Source: Octopus vulgaris | Lineage: Eukaryota | Reading direction: 5' to 3' | DNA length: 64,000 nt | Assembly: GCA_951406725.2 (NCBI GenBank) | Contig: OX597836.1 | Location: 23,684,001 to 23,748,000, forward strand | In this document: positions 1 to 12,833 of the stretch, piece by piece | Layout of the letters: each line of letters opens with the position of its first letter | Numbering within the stretch: the first letter of the stretch is position 1 | Program-made: the position numbers and the translations under genes | The notes under the pieces: generated by a model | Told to the model about the DNA's origin: nothing | The model's input: only the letters and a program-made list of their open reading frames with translations | The model's database searches: none

Positions 1-231
1 CTCGCTTTGATGTGCGGTGGATGACCCCGATTCTGCGTCGATTTCTTGGGTGCCGGCATAACTTCTCCGCTCTTACCTTGCAACCCTTACCGGTCGGTCT
101 TGTAGGTGTGGCGTCTGCAGTTTACTCCTTTGAGGTTAACTAATTTCATTACATTCACCTCGACTCTTCACGCCACCGATGTTATCCAAAGGATAAGCAA
201 AGGTCGATATAGTTTGGCACCATTGACACCG

Positions 232-305
232 CAACTCATTTCTACAGCTGAGTGAGCTGGAGCAACGCGAAATAAAGTGTCTTGCTCAAAAACACAACAA
301 ATAGC
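232..305 (-). mobile_element. SINE family D fragment (central domain)
   Basis: Reverse complement of the TTGAGCAAGACACTTtATTTCgCGTTGCTCCAG..CACTCAGCTG block also seen at 27058-27100 and 60170-60230. Confidence 0.6.
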
Positions 306-1100
306 CCGTCACTAGAAAAACTCTTATATATTTGCAAAGCAGCCTTGTCTTTCATCGCGACCTGGTGGTTACCGCCCGTTGATAAGGGACAATAATCCAG
401 AAACTAGACCGTGCGTATCACTCAGGCTTGCGAGAAAAGGATTGCCTCCCTTTGCAAACACTTCAAGGGCACTGAAATGGTGTCTAAAGCAAGCTAGAGA
501 CGATGATCTCCTGGGGCTATAGAGCTACAGTAACACCCCTCCCCTTTGTGGTTAGCCATATTAAAATGGCTTCTATACTTTACATTATCGAGCGGTTACT
601 GTTTATATCTCATTCTGAGATTTAATAAAGTATACAGATATTTCTGAAGAAACAAGAGAAAGGGTTAGGGGAACAATGAAAAGATTGGTTACTAAGATAA
701 TATAAGCAATGAGATAATGTGGAAGCCAGAGAGAGAGAGAGAGAGGGAGGAAGAAAGAGAGAGAATTATGAAGTAGACGTAATAATAGAGGAAATTGAAA
801 GAGGGAAAGTGAAAGGTTAAACGCAGAGAAATGAGGTGTGTGGGAGACAAGTTAGAAGATTTAAATGAGGAGGAAGGAGGGTGTTCTGTAAGAATAGAGG
901 GGTATAAAGAAGAGAAGATACTGATACAGGAAGCAGGAACAGTCGCGAAGGATGGGCGAGAAGGAGGGGAACCTTCTCGTTTTTAACCAAGACATAATCG
1001 TGCCTTCTCTTCCTCTTTTCTCCATTCTATAAATCGCCAATTAAAACATTGGCCAATTTATAAGAAAATGAAGAATTACTATACGTATGTATGTATGTGT

Positions 1101-1419
1101 GGAGGCGCAATTGCCTAGTGGTTAGGGCAGCAGACTCGCGGTCGCAGGATCGCGGTTTCGATTCCCAGACCGGGCGTTGTGAGTGTTTATTGAGCGAAAA
1201 CACCTAAAAGCTCCACTGTTCTCCGGCAGGGGATGGTGATCCCTGCTGTACTCTTTCACCACTCTTTCTCCCACTCTTTCTTCTGTTGGCCTGCTCGCTT
1301 AGCCAGCGGGATGGCGTCATTCGAAGGCTAAAACAATGCGAACGCATTGTGACCAGCGATGTGTAATGACATCTGATGGTCTGGTCGGTCACGTGATAGA
1401 CATCACGTGATCACGTGAT
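1101..1419 (+). mobile_element. tRNA-derived SINE (family C), near full length
   Basis: tRNA-like head GGAGGCGCAATTGCCTAGTGGTTAGGGC...GGTTTCGATTCCC with A/B-box-like motifs; 3' tail of repeated CACGTGAT; inserted in a (TATG)n tract. Confidence 0.75.
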
Positions 1420-1548
1420 GTATGTATGTATGTACGTATGTATGTATGTAACGGGAAGCTTTATGAAAATAAACAAAAGACGAAGGCAGGTGGAAAACAA
1501 ACGAACAATTGTATTAGTATGGCGCTCAGGAAATATAAATAAAACAAG

Positions 1549-1586
1549 TCTTTAACGTTTCGAGCCTACGCTCTTCAACAGAAAGA
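1549..1586 (-). ncRNA. minimal type I hammerhead-like motif (A6->U variant), copy 1
   Basis: Stem I UCUUU/AAAGA, core CUGUUGAA, stem II GAGC-GUAG-GCUC, GAAAC GUU with palindromic AACGUU stem III. Confidence 0.55.
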
Positions 1587-1768
1587 TACACAGAGAGAGA
1601 AAAACACAGAAAGAAGGAGAGAAAAAAAATGCGTGCAGTAGCTAACGAATCAACATGGCGATCTGATTTCGGCCAGAGGTCAAAGATCAAACATGAGACG
1701 CGAGAGCGAAATAAGGGGAGAATATAAGAGAAAATAAAAATACAACAAACGGGACAGTTTATGCGAAC

Positions 1769-1822
1769 AAGTTCAAGGTTGAAAGTTCAAGGTTGAAAGT
1801 TCAAGGTTGAAAGTTCAAGGTG
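1769..1822. repeat. 14-bp tandem repeat (AAGTTCAAGGTTGA) x~3.8
   Basis: Read directly from the sequence. Confidence 0.9.
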
Positions 1823-2114
1823 AGAAATGTGTAGACGTCGTGGTATATTTTTTAAGGATTTCACATCAATGCAAAGTCACTTTGATCCGCGAAAGAGAGG
1901 TGCAGCCGATGGTAAGTATCCAAGAGGTAAAGAAAATCCAAGGTAGAGGTAAGTGTTGATAGTGGTATTGGTAGAATATAGGATGAAAGTGAGACCACGT
2001 GAGCGCATAATATATAACGGGAAGCTTTATGAAAATAAACAAAAGACGAAGGCAGGTGGAAAACAAACGAACAATTGTATTAGTATGGCGCTCAGGAAAT
2101 ATAAATAAAACAAG

Positions 2115-2152
2115 TCTTTAACGTTTCGAGCCTACGCTCTTCAACAGAAAGA
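2115..2152 (-). ncRNA. minimal type I hammerhead-like motif (A6->U variant), copy 2
   Basis: Identical to 1549-1586. Confidence 0.55.
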
Positions 2153-2651
2153 TACACAGAGAGAGAAAAACACAGAAAGAAGGAGAGAAAAAAATAGGTA
2201 GGTAGGTAGGAAGATTGGTAGGGAGGGAGGGAGGTAAGGAGTGTATAGCTGAATGGTAACGCAACAATAAGTACCCGAGTTCGATCTCATTGTATGACAA
2301 CATGGGCAATAGGGTCGATACATATGTTGTAAGTGAAATTAGGTGGACAGGAAATATATAGAAATGTATCGGATGGTTTTCTTGCTTAAATTCAAATGGT
2401 TACACAATGTGATTACATTCAAGAATTTTAATAAGAACATACGAATCTGTGGACTACTTAGTGCGTTGCACTTTAGTTCGTGAGCAGGTGATTCATCTTC
2501 TCATTTAGGGTGGTTCTGTTATGCAGTGCCGGCAGTTTCCAGAGTCTTTGTAATTCCTGTTGTCTTGTCTTTGTCCAATTTAGTAAAGAATCAGATCTTA
2601 AAACTGACACGACCAATGTGTTCATTACTATGATAATATTTCTTCCATTTA

Positions 2652-2862
2652 AGACGGCGAGTTGGGAGAAACGTTAGCACGTCGGGCGAAATGCGCAGCC
2701 GTATTTCGTCTGTTTTTACGTTCTGAGTTCAAATTCAGCTGAGGTCGACTTTGCCTTTCATCCTTTCGGGGTCGATAGATTAAGTACCAGTTGCGTACTG
2801 GGGTCGATCTAATCGACTGGCCCCTCCCCAAAATTTCGGGCCTTGTGCCTAGAGTAGAAAAG
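2652..2862 (+). mobile_element. SINE family B (tRNA head + GGTCGACTTTGCCTTTCATCCTTTCGGGGTCGAT core) with 17-bp TSD
   Basis: TSD AATATTTCTTCCATTTA at 2635-2651 and 2863-2879; B-box GAGTTCAAATTC; many homologues in the window. Confidence 0.9.
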
Positions 2863-2932
2863 AATATTTCTTCCATTTAGTTCTGTTTCGAGTCCATTAT
2901 GGAGCTCTTCCCGCCTCCTTTCTTTGACCGAG

Positions 2933-3113
2933 AAGACGTAGGGGTTGAGAGAGGCGGAAAGGAGGCGACTAGATGTGTTTGAGATGAGATGTTTGAGGGC
3001 TATGGTTGGTGTGACACGGATGGACAGGATGAGGAATGAGGAGGTGCGAAGACGAGCAGGAATGAGAGACAATCTAACAACCAAAATGGATAGACGAATG
3101 TTGAGGTAGTTTG

Positions 3114-3118
<5 letters not shown>
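2933..3118 (+). pseudogene. RTE-clade LINE ORF fragment (post-RT region)
   Basis: Translates as [42 protein letters not shown]...DRRMLR*FGH, the RTE EMRCLR/RNEE/LRWFGH motifs with W->stop changes. Confidence 0.85.
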
Positions 3119-3156
<38 letters not shown>

Positions 3157-3162
3157 ACACAC

Positions 3163-3239
<77 letters not shown>

Positions 3240-3241
<2 letters not shown>

Positions 3242-3472
3242 TGTTTTCAATCCCTTGATCGGGTGGTGTGTTGTGTTCCTGAGAAAAATACTTCATCTCA
3301 CGTTGCTCTGCGGTCATTTCGACACCTGACGCGTGGTACACAGTGAAACTTCTCAGGCAACGTCGATTCGCTGGAGGCATTGAGCTAATGTGCAGCACAT
3401 GCATTTGATTACTGCCAACAGATCATTTGTTCGGCAAAGAAATAGCTGAACACTCACACATCGTCTTCGGTG
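3240..3472 (+). mobile_element. SINE family D copy, 5' truncated
   Basis: Homologous to 61580-61880 (CTTCATCTCACG...GACACCTGACGCG...AACGTCGATT...ATCATTTGT). Confidence 0.7.
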
Positions 3473-3761
3473 AATATATATAAATAGCCAGTTGTAAAAT
3501 CTCAACAAGGGATGGGAGTGGTAACTATACTAACAAGTAAAGTTAATCGTCACATCAATGTGACTGTTCCATGTTACTATTAGTCTAACCCCAGGCAGAT
3601 CTTCCGCCAGCTGGTTATCGGTACAGCATTGCCCCCCCCCCCGAACATATACATTGCTAGCAGAAGAGTGAACCCCTACCATCCTTCAGCAGACCACAGG
3701 ATCACTAAACACAAACTTATATATAATGATAGACATGTGTGTGTGTGTTTGTGTGTATGTA

Positions 3762-3915
3762 TTTCACTTCTTTCAGTCATTTGACTGCGGCCATGCTGGA
3801 GCATCACCTTTAGTCGAACAAATCGACCCCAGGGCTTATTCTTTGTAAACCTAGAGTTTATTCTATCGGTTGTCAAGCGACGGTGGTGGGGCAAACACAG
3901 ACACAGACATACAAT

Positions 3916-3978
<63 letters not shown>

Positions 3979-4123
3979 GATGGGCTTCTTTCAGTTTCTG
4001 TCAACCAAATCCACTCACAAGGCTTTGACCTACTCGAGGCTAAAGTAGGAGACACTCGCCCAAGGTGCCTCGCAGTGGGGCTGAACCCGGAACCATGTGG
4101 TCGGGAAGCAAGCTACTTACCAC
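3762..4123 (-). mobile_element. SINE family A copy with internal (TA)n
   Basis: Reverse-complement homology to 52554-52950. Confidence 0.85.
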
Positions 4124-4221
4124 AATCGATGTTTTACTCCCATCTTGAGCCCAATCTTCACTACTTCACCTCACGTCTTCCTGGTTTTCCACTTTCCCCG
4201 GCTTAGCAATCCACACTTTAT

Positions 4222-4304
4222 TCAGTTATCCTGATCCATCCGCATTACATGACCATAAAGTTTGCTTTTCACTATGAGAGAGAGAGAGAGAGAGAGAGAG
4301 TGGT

Positions 4305-4335
<31 letters not shown>

Positions 4336-4344
4336 GGAGAGAGA

Positions 4345-4421
<77 letters not shown>

Positions 4422-4790
4422 GCCTTTCGTTACTAAACAGCGGTAATAGTTCTCCGAACTTTCTCAAGTTAGTTGTTATTTTAGCAACCATACTTTCAGA
4501 ACATCCTCCTCCACTGCCCGTTAAATCAACTAGGTAACAGAAAGTAACCTCTAGGGATCCTCCTGCGCATTCCATAGTTTCTCATTCCCGTGTGCTATTA
4601 TTGTTTGTTACACGCATGCATCCGCTACTAGAATATTTATTTTCTCTCTTAACATTCCCGTGATTCCACTGCAGTTCTTATGTGTCCATAGTGTACTGAG
4701 TGCACTGTATAAAATTTCTACCAATACGTTCTACGTACAAAACAGGGCCAGTTATCGGAAGGGATATGTATAGGTGAAATAAATATCAGA
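4222..4790 (-). pseudogene. RTE-like LINE fragment interrupted by a (GA)n microsatellite
   Basis: FCYLVDLTGSGGGCSES...RKFGELLPL and LYGHVMRMD motifs; upstream CTQCTLWTHKNCSGI Cys-rich segment. Confidence 0.7.
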
Positions 4791-4959
4791 GATGCTTTGC
4801 CCCACACAGACACTGCAGAAGCTGCACAGGTTTTGCAAGCTGTTCCAAATTCATCGCAATGCTGTGAACACGTACGTATTGTCAGCAGGTATCTCAGAAG
4901 CACTTCGCCCTTAGCCTGTACGCTTCGCCTCTGTGGTGTATCGAAGATTGAACTGGTTT

Positions 4960-5965
4960 TCGCTAAAGAAGAGTTCCACTTGCGGTTTCTGAATAACCTT
5001 AACCATCTTGAGCTTATTTCAGCTGTTATGCCTGTCTCCGCGGTGACGTTCTTCAGTTGTCTGCGTATCTTATGAAGGAAATAGCGCACTGCACCAGTTG
5101 GAAAGCCGCGACAGCCGACTTCAGTGGGGAATGAAGCCGCATGCCACTCCCTAAAAAGGGCCCTGTGGACTAAATCTTGATATTTGTTTGTTTTTTTATC
5201 TGGTGAGAGATAACGAGTTTGTTCACCCAGGGCGCTGTGGGTTCGACCATGATAATTGTTTTTGTACTCCTAGGGAGCAGAAACATGTCTGATCGGAGTG
5301 AGGTTGACACTATCTTCTCTGGGAAGACAACACTGCCCTTCAGACCCACATACATCTCCCACTTGGGGCTGAACGGAAAACAGAAAACTGCCATTGCTTT
5401 TTCTTCGGGAGATTTGTCTCCTTTCTTTAGTAATCTGATACCCTTTGGTGGTGGTGGTGGATGGTGGCTAGTGATAATGAGCCTCCCTCATCCTTTGCAG
5501 ATCAGTTCCCTTGGCAATTCAGTTTGTGCAAGGTCTTTGTCATGTCTCCACTTGTATCAGCCTTTTCCCAATTCCCTGAGACATCCGGTCAAAATATGCT
5601 TCAAGGAACGAAGAATTACACTGCACCGTTTGAAGGATGGGTCTTCTTCTTTGCCCCATATTTCAAAGTTATTTGGTGTTGGCAAGAGATCAGTGACAGC
5701 ATGAAGGAGGAAGGACGATCTTTCTTGGTCATTGCTCTAGAGTTCCTTCCAGAATAGCGATCCTACTCTATTGTATATGATGGGCAAACCCTTCTACAAT
5801 TGAATCACGGATCCTTTGCACTATGAGCTCCCTCTGTCTCTTGGTACTGTAGCCAAGTGTTAGCCGTCCAACTACTCCAACTAATCCCTCGTGTTTTCAG
5901 TATGTCTCCGCTTTCTTCATAGCTTTCTGAGGCCCCATTTTCTGTCACACTTTATTGTCTTGGCG
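4960..5965 (-). pseudogene. HERO/R2-like site-specific non-LTR retrotransposon, C-terminal zinc knuckle + restriction-like endonuclease fragment
   Basis: FLLHAVTDLLPTPNNFEIWGKEEDPS..C...SLKHILTGC...G*YKWRHD; VFPEKIVSTSLRSDMFLLPRSTKTIIMVEPTAPW (RPD..ELTVPW-like); PTEVGCRGF; AEISSRWL. Confidence 0.8.
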
Positions 5966-6246
5966 CGTCTGAATTTTTATATACATACGTATATACTTGC
6001 ATAAATAAAAAAAAAACACACACACACACGCGCGCGCACACACATATATATATTCATTTATATGCATCTCTGTTTGTGTATAAATATGTTTGTGTGTGTG
6101 AGTGTGAGAGAGAGGGGGGAAAGTGTGTATGTGTGTGTGTGTATGTGTGTGTGTGAGAGAGAGAGAGTGTGAGTGTGTGAGATAAAATATTTCGTAAAAG
6201 TAGTGAGAATGTTATTGGCATTATATTAATTTTAGCAGCGTATCTG

Positions 6247-6427
6247 ATGGTCAGTGGCAAGAGAGGAAGAGGCCGACCAGGAACCCGCTGGCTTGACACC
6301 ATCAAGAGTGATACCGGAATGGACCTAGCCAATCTGAAAGAAGCGGCCCAGGATAGAACTAACTGGAAGACACTGATCCATCGAGTAACCGAGAGTCGAC
6401 TTCGACTGAGCGGATAGATAGATAGAT
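6247..6427 (+). mobile_element. RTE/BovB-like LINE 3' end, 5'-truncated, (GATA)n tail, probable 8-bp TSD
   Basis: MVSGKRGRGRPGTRWLDTIKSDTGMDLANLKEAAQDRTNWKTLIHRVTESRLRLSG*; ATCTGATG at 6242-6249 and 6426-6433. Confidence 0.85.
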
Positions 6428-9400
6428 CTGATGAAATAGATGTAATTCATATCACAACATATGTCGCACTCAACCCCACCTTCCTCACAAGGTACACGCA
6501 TTTCAATGAGTGGTTGTATTAAAAGTATACCTCTACACGTGTACATTAGTATATACACACATCCACGCATCAGCAAATTGTATAAATTTGCTATACAACA
6601 TTTTACAGAAACAAATTTGCTTTAAGATTTAATAATAACTATAAATAATTAAAACAAGATGCAATTGAAGCCATTTGTTGCTTCTGCTTCTGTCAACGAC
6701 ATTCGAATAAATATAAACATTATGATAACCTGTTGTAGCTTCTGCATTGTCCTAGAGAAAGACCTTTCGGCTTCCATGGATAGTAATCACATACGGGTAG
6801 AAGTTTTGTCTAATGCTATCGGATGTATTTTCATTACTAGCACACTTTTTTTTCGATGGGTTTATATATTTAACGATTGAAAATTGGCGAATTCCGATTT
6901 TATGCTTTCAATAAAGCAATTCGCTACTTCTGGATATTTTATATGAAGCCCTGGGATTTGCCTGGATTTTGTATTAACGTTTTATGTTTATTTACCTGTA
7001 TCTAGTGAAGTGTCAAAGCGGCAGAGATCATAGCCAATAGTTGCGTTGTTGGCCTAAGTCGGTGCTTTCTAATTCATGTTCCTTTTTTTCTATTTTTACT
7101 GAAATCGAGGGTTTATGATAGGTGTGAAAGATTGGTCATAAAGTCAGTGGAGGACAAGCAAGGAAACGTAGAAGAGGAAGTGATAGTTTTCATATTATTT
7201 TACGAAGTCACTCTTTAAAGTTCATTTCTTTATATCATACAATACAACTTCTGTCAAAACGTTGACTATATTGAGGTAAAACAGTCGCTCTCAGATTAAA
7301 ATGAAAACACTCCACGCATATAGGAAGATAATGTCAAAAACAACAAAAAAGCCACCCATGTAGATCGCTCGTGCGGAAGGTAATGTAGAGATTACTAAAT
7401 TGCTCACAGGCAGAGAAATGTTAAAACTATAAAGTTACTCTAGCCTTTACGGCACTTATCAGTATTTATATAGGTATAGAAATTAAACGAATATAAATGT
7501 TTTCAAATAATGAAAATACAAAAGAAAAGAGAAATCTATAGCTTTATTATTGTTCATAAGAAATATTTAATGCTTGGAAGATGAAGGGAAAGTGTACTGA
7601 AGTCCCGAATAAAACATTTGATTAAACAGCAGAGAAAATAATACTTAAACTATATATACAGACGCACACACATACACATATAGTTCGAGTATCGTATGTA
7701 TATATATATATATACATATATAGTTCGAGTATTCTATGTATACACACACAAATACACACATATATATGAATAGATGTATACATACATACATAAACTACAG
7801 AAACGCATACATAGATACATACATATATTCATATGTTTATATATACCTACGTGTGTTTATGTGTGCGTGTGTGTATGAGTATGAGCAACCTATGATGTCC
7901 CCTCTTTCAACTACATTCACTTTCTCTATATATTATTCTTCCTTTATTAAATGAATGTAAATTTATTTCAAAAATATTTTCTAAGAAGAGTTATTGTTTT
8001 TCTTAATATCTATTGAGTGGAAGTCTCCTTTTTATCTTCGCTTAGGTTTTGTGAATAAAGTCTAGTAATTAACGATCGTTACTGTATGGAACATGTTAAG
8101 ATGAAAGATCATAGACTTAGTTATTCTATTCTTTTGTATTATATATAGAAACAACATAGAAACAACAGTGAATCTTCCAACGGATCACCCTTGCTCCGTC
8201 GTATTTCTGACGCAAAAAGTGTCAAAGCTGTATATTTGAAACTCAGCGCAGAGCAAACAGCATAAGAAAGCTTATTAGAAACATGACATTAATTAGCGAA
8301 TATGGTATTAATTAGTAAGTAGAGCAAAAATAAAACGAGAAAATGAATACTTGATTAAATATTTCGTGATGATAAAATTGATGCCAATTGGAACACATAT
8401 TTGCAATAATTGTCTTTAATTTAACGATCTTTACTGCGTTTCAAGCAAAACCTAATAAACTACGATATAGTCGGCACTCGCGAAAAGAAATAAAAACAAT
8501 TGAATAAAGAGTTAAGATTTTAGAAATTTGTGAGGAATTACAACCGTGTTTCGTGGTCTGCTACCACAACAGCTCCTTTATAGGATCCAGTTAGCTTAAG
8601 ACATCATCAGGAGGAACCACGTCCGGTTTCGGCCCCTATTACTCTACCGTTTTGACGTGGCGCCCCACCCCCTTTCGGAGGTGTCTTCAGCTCTGGTGTT
8701 GGGTGCACGTCTTCTTTCTTCTTCTTGTAATGCTTATCTTATTCTAATCCTAATTAGATAACATATCAAGTAGGTAAAAGTATTCAATGGGGGCCAGCAT
8801 AAACCCTTCACAGGGGTTTATATTCTGCTGAAATTTACTTCTTACAACTAACTGTCGCAACTTTTGGGAACAGATATTGTTGACAGTCTTCTAGGATTGA
8901 CTTGTTGATAAATAAATATGTAGCACAGACTGAAAGCTATTGTTACATCGTTACATCTGCTGTTGAAGACTCGCTTCCCGCATCTACTAGGTATTTCGTA
9001 CAGACGTTGATTTCCTGTCATTGAAACTGAACGTAAACTGTTTCGATCTCACCAGTCTGAGATGATCAGCAAAGTTCACGACACTTGTCACTTCTACATA
9101 AAATTTGTTACTTGCTTCACAGTCCATATTAATCATTTTTGCATGTAATATAGAGACCAAGCACATTTCAATTGAAGAACTTTTTTATGAAATTTCGTCA
9201 AAGCAGTTATTGTAATTTGACGAGTGTCAATGCCGCTGCATTATAATAATTATGGTGTTCGCTCTGAAACGAATTAACTTTGTTTGAACAGTTGGCGTCA
9301 TTCATGTTAGAAACGGATTCAACAACGAAGCTTCTAAATTAGTGATTTTCAAACGTTTATTAATAGACGGCACACGCCAAATGAAGGTGCAAAATGACAC

Positions 9401-9568
9401 ATTGTCACATCAACAGATTTTAAAAGTTCTGTCCGGTTGTCTGTTTGTCTCTATGCCAGTATTATAATTGTTTTATAATGGAGATGGATACACACGCGCA
9501 CACAAACCTACACACACATATCTACACGCACACACACATCTACAAACACACTCGCACGCACACACACA

Positions 9569-9612
<44 letters not shown>

Positions 9613-10033
9613 CACACACTCGCACACACACACACATGCCTATGGACAGACTTAATTGTAAAGGAATTCACAGGCAGTGCTACGGTGTATTAAAAACGCT
9701 AATTTTTTTTTTTTATATCTCAACATTTTTTTTCAAATTTCTCAGAAACCAGATAGGTCTGCGAGCCATAAATAATGCACAAGTATGTTACAGTACACTC
9801 GCTGGAAACGTCTGATCTAAAGTGAGAATCTCTGTCTTTCAAACTGGAAAGCTTGAAAATATAGATAAATTGTCATTCTTTCCAAAATCAAGTCAGCAAG
9901 ATGATAAAATTGAATGCATCAAGCTTTATGGTATTCGATAATTACGCCCTCCTCTCACCATCTAAAATGACATGCGATATTTAAACAACGACAGTTTACT
10001 AACATAATCATAAAATGAACAAACCTCTTCTCT

Positions 10034-10450
10034 TACTCTTTTATTCTTTTACTTGTTTCAATCATTTGACTGCGGCCGTGCTGGAGCACCGCCTTTAGTC
10101 GAGCAAATCGACCCCGGGACTTATTCTTTGTAAGCCCAGTACTTATTCTATCGGTCTCTTTTGCCGAACCGCTAAGTGACGGGGACGTAAACACACCAGC
10201 ATCGGTTGTCAAGCAATGCTAGGGGGACAAACACAGACACACAAACACATACACACACACACATATACATATATATATACATATATACGACAGGCTTCTT
10301 TCAGTTTCCGTCTACCAAATCCACTCACAAGGCATTGGTCGGCCCGGGGCTATAGTAGAAGACACTTACTCAAGATGCCACGCAGTGGGACTGAACCCGG
10401 AACCATGTGGTTGGTTAGCAAGCTACTTACCACACAGCCACTCCTGCGTC
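10034..10450 (-). mobile_element. SINE family A, full length
   Basis: Near-identical reverse complement of 52554-52950; tRNA-like head, internal TA/CA microsatellite, A-rich tail. Confidence 0.92.
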
Positions 10451-10948
10451 TATTTGCATAAACTTCAAGTCTTACCATATTCTCCACTGCTTATCGTCTC
10501 CTTTCTATCCTAGCATTATATTGTTCATCAGTCTTCAAAATTTGTTGTTTTCATTTCTCTTTAACGCCGGAGGATATCATATTGCACCTGTCAATAAAAC
10601 TTCCACCACCAAGTATATCTCTCTTTCAAACAAAACTCTATATGTTGTTCTTTCGAAGTGCGTGTCTTTGCTACTTCCTCTTTTCAATCGTTCACTTTAG
10701 GAAATTGAGTAAAAGGAAGCATTGCTCCCAGATTAGCTACAAGCATATTAGGGCTAAAACCAGAGAATAAACTCCCGTATTAAGAAAAAGGAGAACAGTC
10801 CAAATAAATAAAATGCCTATTTATGGTTTTAAAATTTGAAGAGTGTAATAGTAATGAAAGCATTAAAGATCATTAATTAATGAACTGACTGTGATGTAAG
10901 TAGTGTTCAATACTAGAGGTTTTATGTGCGTGTGTGTGTGTGTGTGTG

Positions 10949-10981
<33 letters not shown>

Positions 10982-11165
10982 AAAGAGAGGTGTACAAAAG
11001 AAAATAAAGAGCACTCAACACAAGTCGCGGAAGTTATATATTGTGTCAAGAGTTTGTGACTTAGCTTTGCATAATCGAAAGTTCTTCAGACGCTATAAAC
11101 ACATCGTTGAATATGATGTAAGAGTAAATTACACCATGTCAACGCACACTTACTCGCGCACGCCT

Positions 11166-11218
<53 letters not shown>

Positions 11219-12030
11219 TATAGAAATATTTACTGAAATTTCATTTTGATGATTTTCAAAGCGAAGAGTAAGAAAGAAAAATCAAGGGGAATTCATGAAA
11301 ATTTAAAAATTCCATTTATGATTTAAACAGTCGATCCTTGCCTAAAGCAATCGAAGTAATCGGCCGGGAAAATTTCCAGCGCCATTAATTTAATTTGTTA
11401 AATCAGTGATTGTTTATTCACTGAAAATCCTCATATTTTTATCATTCTAAGATTAGGTAAAATAGGATTCTGAGATCCCGCTTTACATTGCATGGCACAA
11501 TCTAATTATTGGTCAGTTGAGTTTTCACTGTTATCTGCATTGTTTTTGACATGAAACCACATTATTTCTAATTTATGATTTTTGCCTTTGCGGATGTAAT
11601 TTTAGTAGACAAATTTTGGGTGTTGATTATGTTAAACCACTCTTAAGTACATTACTATGGATTATGTTAAAACCACATTTTAAGATAATTTATAAAAGAG
11701 TTCGAAAGTTTTAGAATAATCTTGAATTTATTTGCAGTTCATTCAATCTCTGATTTTAATATCTATTTTCAAAATTGGATAAGAAAGAATGTCATCTGTC
11801 GATACCGCCTATAAGTATAATTTAAATACCGGTATGTTTATGATAATTGGTAGACATTATTCTTTCCTAAAAAACTGAAAATAAAAAAGTACTTCCGCAC
11901 GAAGTGTTCATGTAGGTTTTATTGACAGGTGCAATATGATATCCTCCGGCGTTAAATAACATACTAAATATAAGAATAATTTCTAATATAGGCAACTTTA
12001 CAAAGAAAATGTCGGTGGTATCGATCTTAC

Positions 12031-12260
12031 CCCTTATAATCGCAGAATCGTTAGCACGCCGGGCGAAATGCTTTGTGGTATTTCGTCCGCCGCTGCGTTC
12101 TGAGTTCAAATTCCGCCGAGGTCGACTTTGCCGTTCATCCTTTCGGGGTCGATTAAATAAGTACCAGTTACGCACTGGGGTCGATATAATCGACTTAATC
12201 CGTCAGTCTGTCCTTGTTTATCTCCTCTGTGTTTGGCCCCTTGTGGGTAGTAAAGAAATA
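12031..12260 (+). mobile_element. SINE family B short form with 14-bp TSD, nested in an older antisense family-B copy
   Basis: TSD GGTATCGATCTTAC at 12017-12030 and 12261-12274; decayed core in opposite orientation at ~12280-12340. Confidence 0.88.
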
Positions 12261-12616
12261 GGTATCGATCTTACTGCTTATATTATCAGCCTTGAATGGA
12301 TGAAAGTCATAGTCGACTTTGGCGTGATTTGAACTCACATTTAAAGAGCCGTTAAGAAATACAACAGAGCATTTATTTCGACACTCTACCGGAAACTAGG
12401 AATTTCCAAGAGAAAGGTGTTGCCCATTTTTCATGGTATGGCTTTTACAAATTTTATAAAACCAAAGCCAAAGCGCAAGTAACATTGTCTCGATTGTGAG
12501 ACAATTATCTGAAACAGGAGAATACATTCTAAATCTATTCACATCATAGAAAAGTCACAAGACTTGAGACTGTATCTAAGTTTCTTTAAAGGATTTTGTC
12601 AGGATTTACCGAAGGA

Positions 12617-12833
12617 GAGGAGCTTTCTCCGTCCGGGTTGCGGATCCGTGGAACAAGCTGCCAGACGAGATGGTGAAGATGCCGACGACCGCTTTGTTCA
12701 AAGCCTCCCTTGACCTCATGTGGCCTGAACTCTTTACATGAACACCACCCTGTACTTAACTCCATGCCCCCCTACATGGCCTTGCTATTTGCTTTTGAGC
12801 CAAATTAACTAACTAACTAACTAACTAACTAAC
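12617..12833 (+). mobile_element. CR1-group LINE 3' end with (TAAC)n tail
   Basis: RRRGAFSVRVADPWNKLPDEMVKMPTTALFKASLD (FSxRV..WNxLP..FKxxLD motif), short 3' UTR, then AACT repeats. Confidence 0.85.

Larger units (their letters stand above)
1448..2194 (-). mobile_element. Penelope-like pseudo-LTR direct repeat pair (~180 bp at ~1449-1628 and ~2015-2193), each with a hammerhead-like motif
   Basis: Essentially identical repeats AACGGGAAGCTTTATG...AGAAGGAGAGAAAAAAA; minus strand of each reads TCTTT CTGTTGAA GAGC GTAG GCTC GAAAC GTT AAAGA. Confidence 0.65.

Noticed and set aside
5219-5757. Plus-strand ORFs of 161 and 98 aa
   Set aside because: Antisense shadows of the HERO-like retrotransposon coding strand
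9028-9072. Minus-strand CUGAUCA..UCUCA/UGAGA..GAAAC..GUU hammerhead-like string
   Set aside because: G8 is missing without compensation, no stem I, and no repeat context
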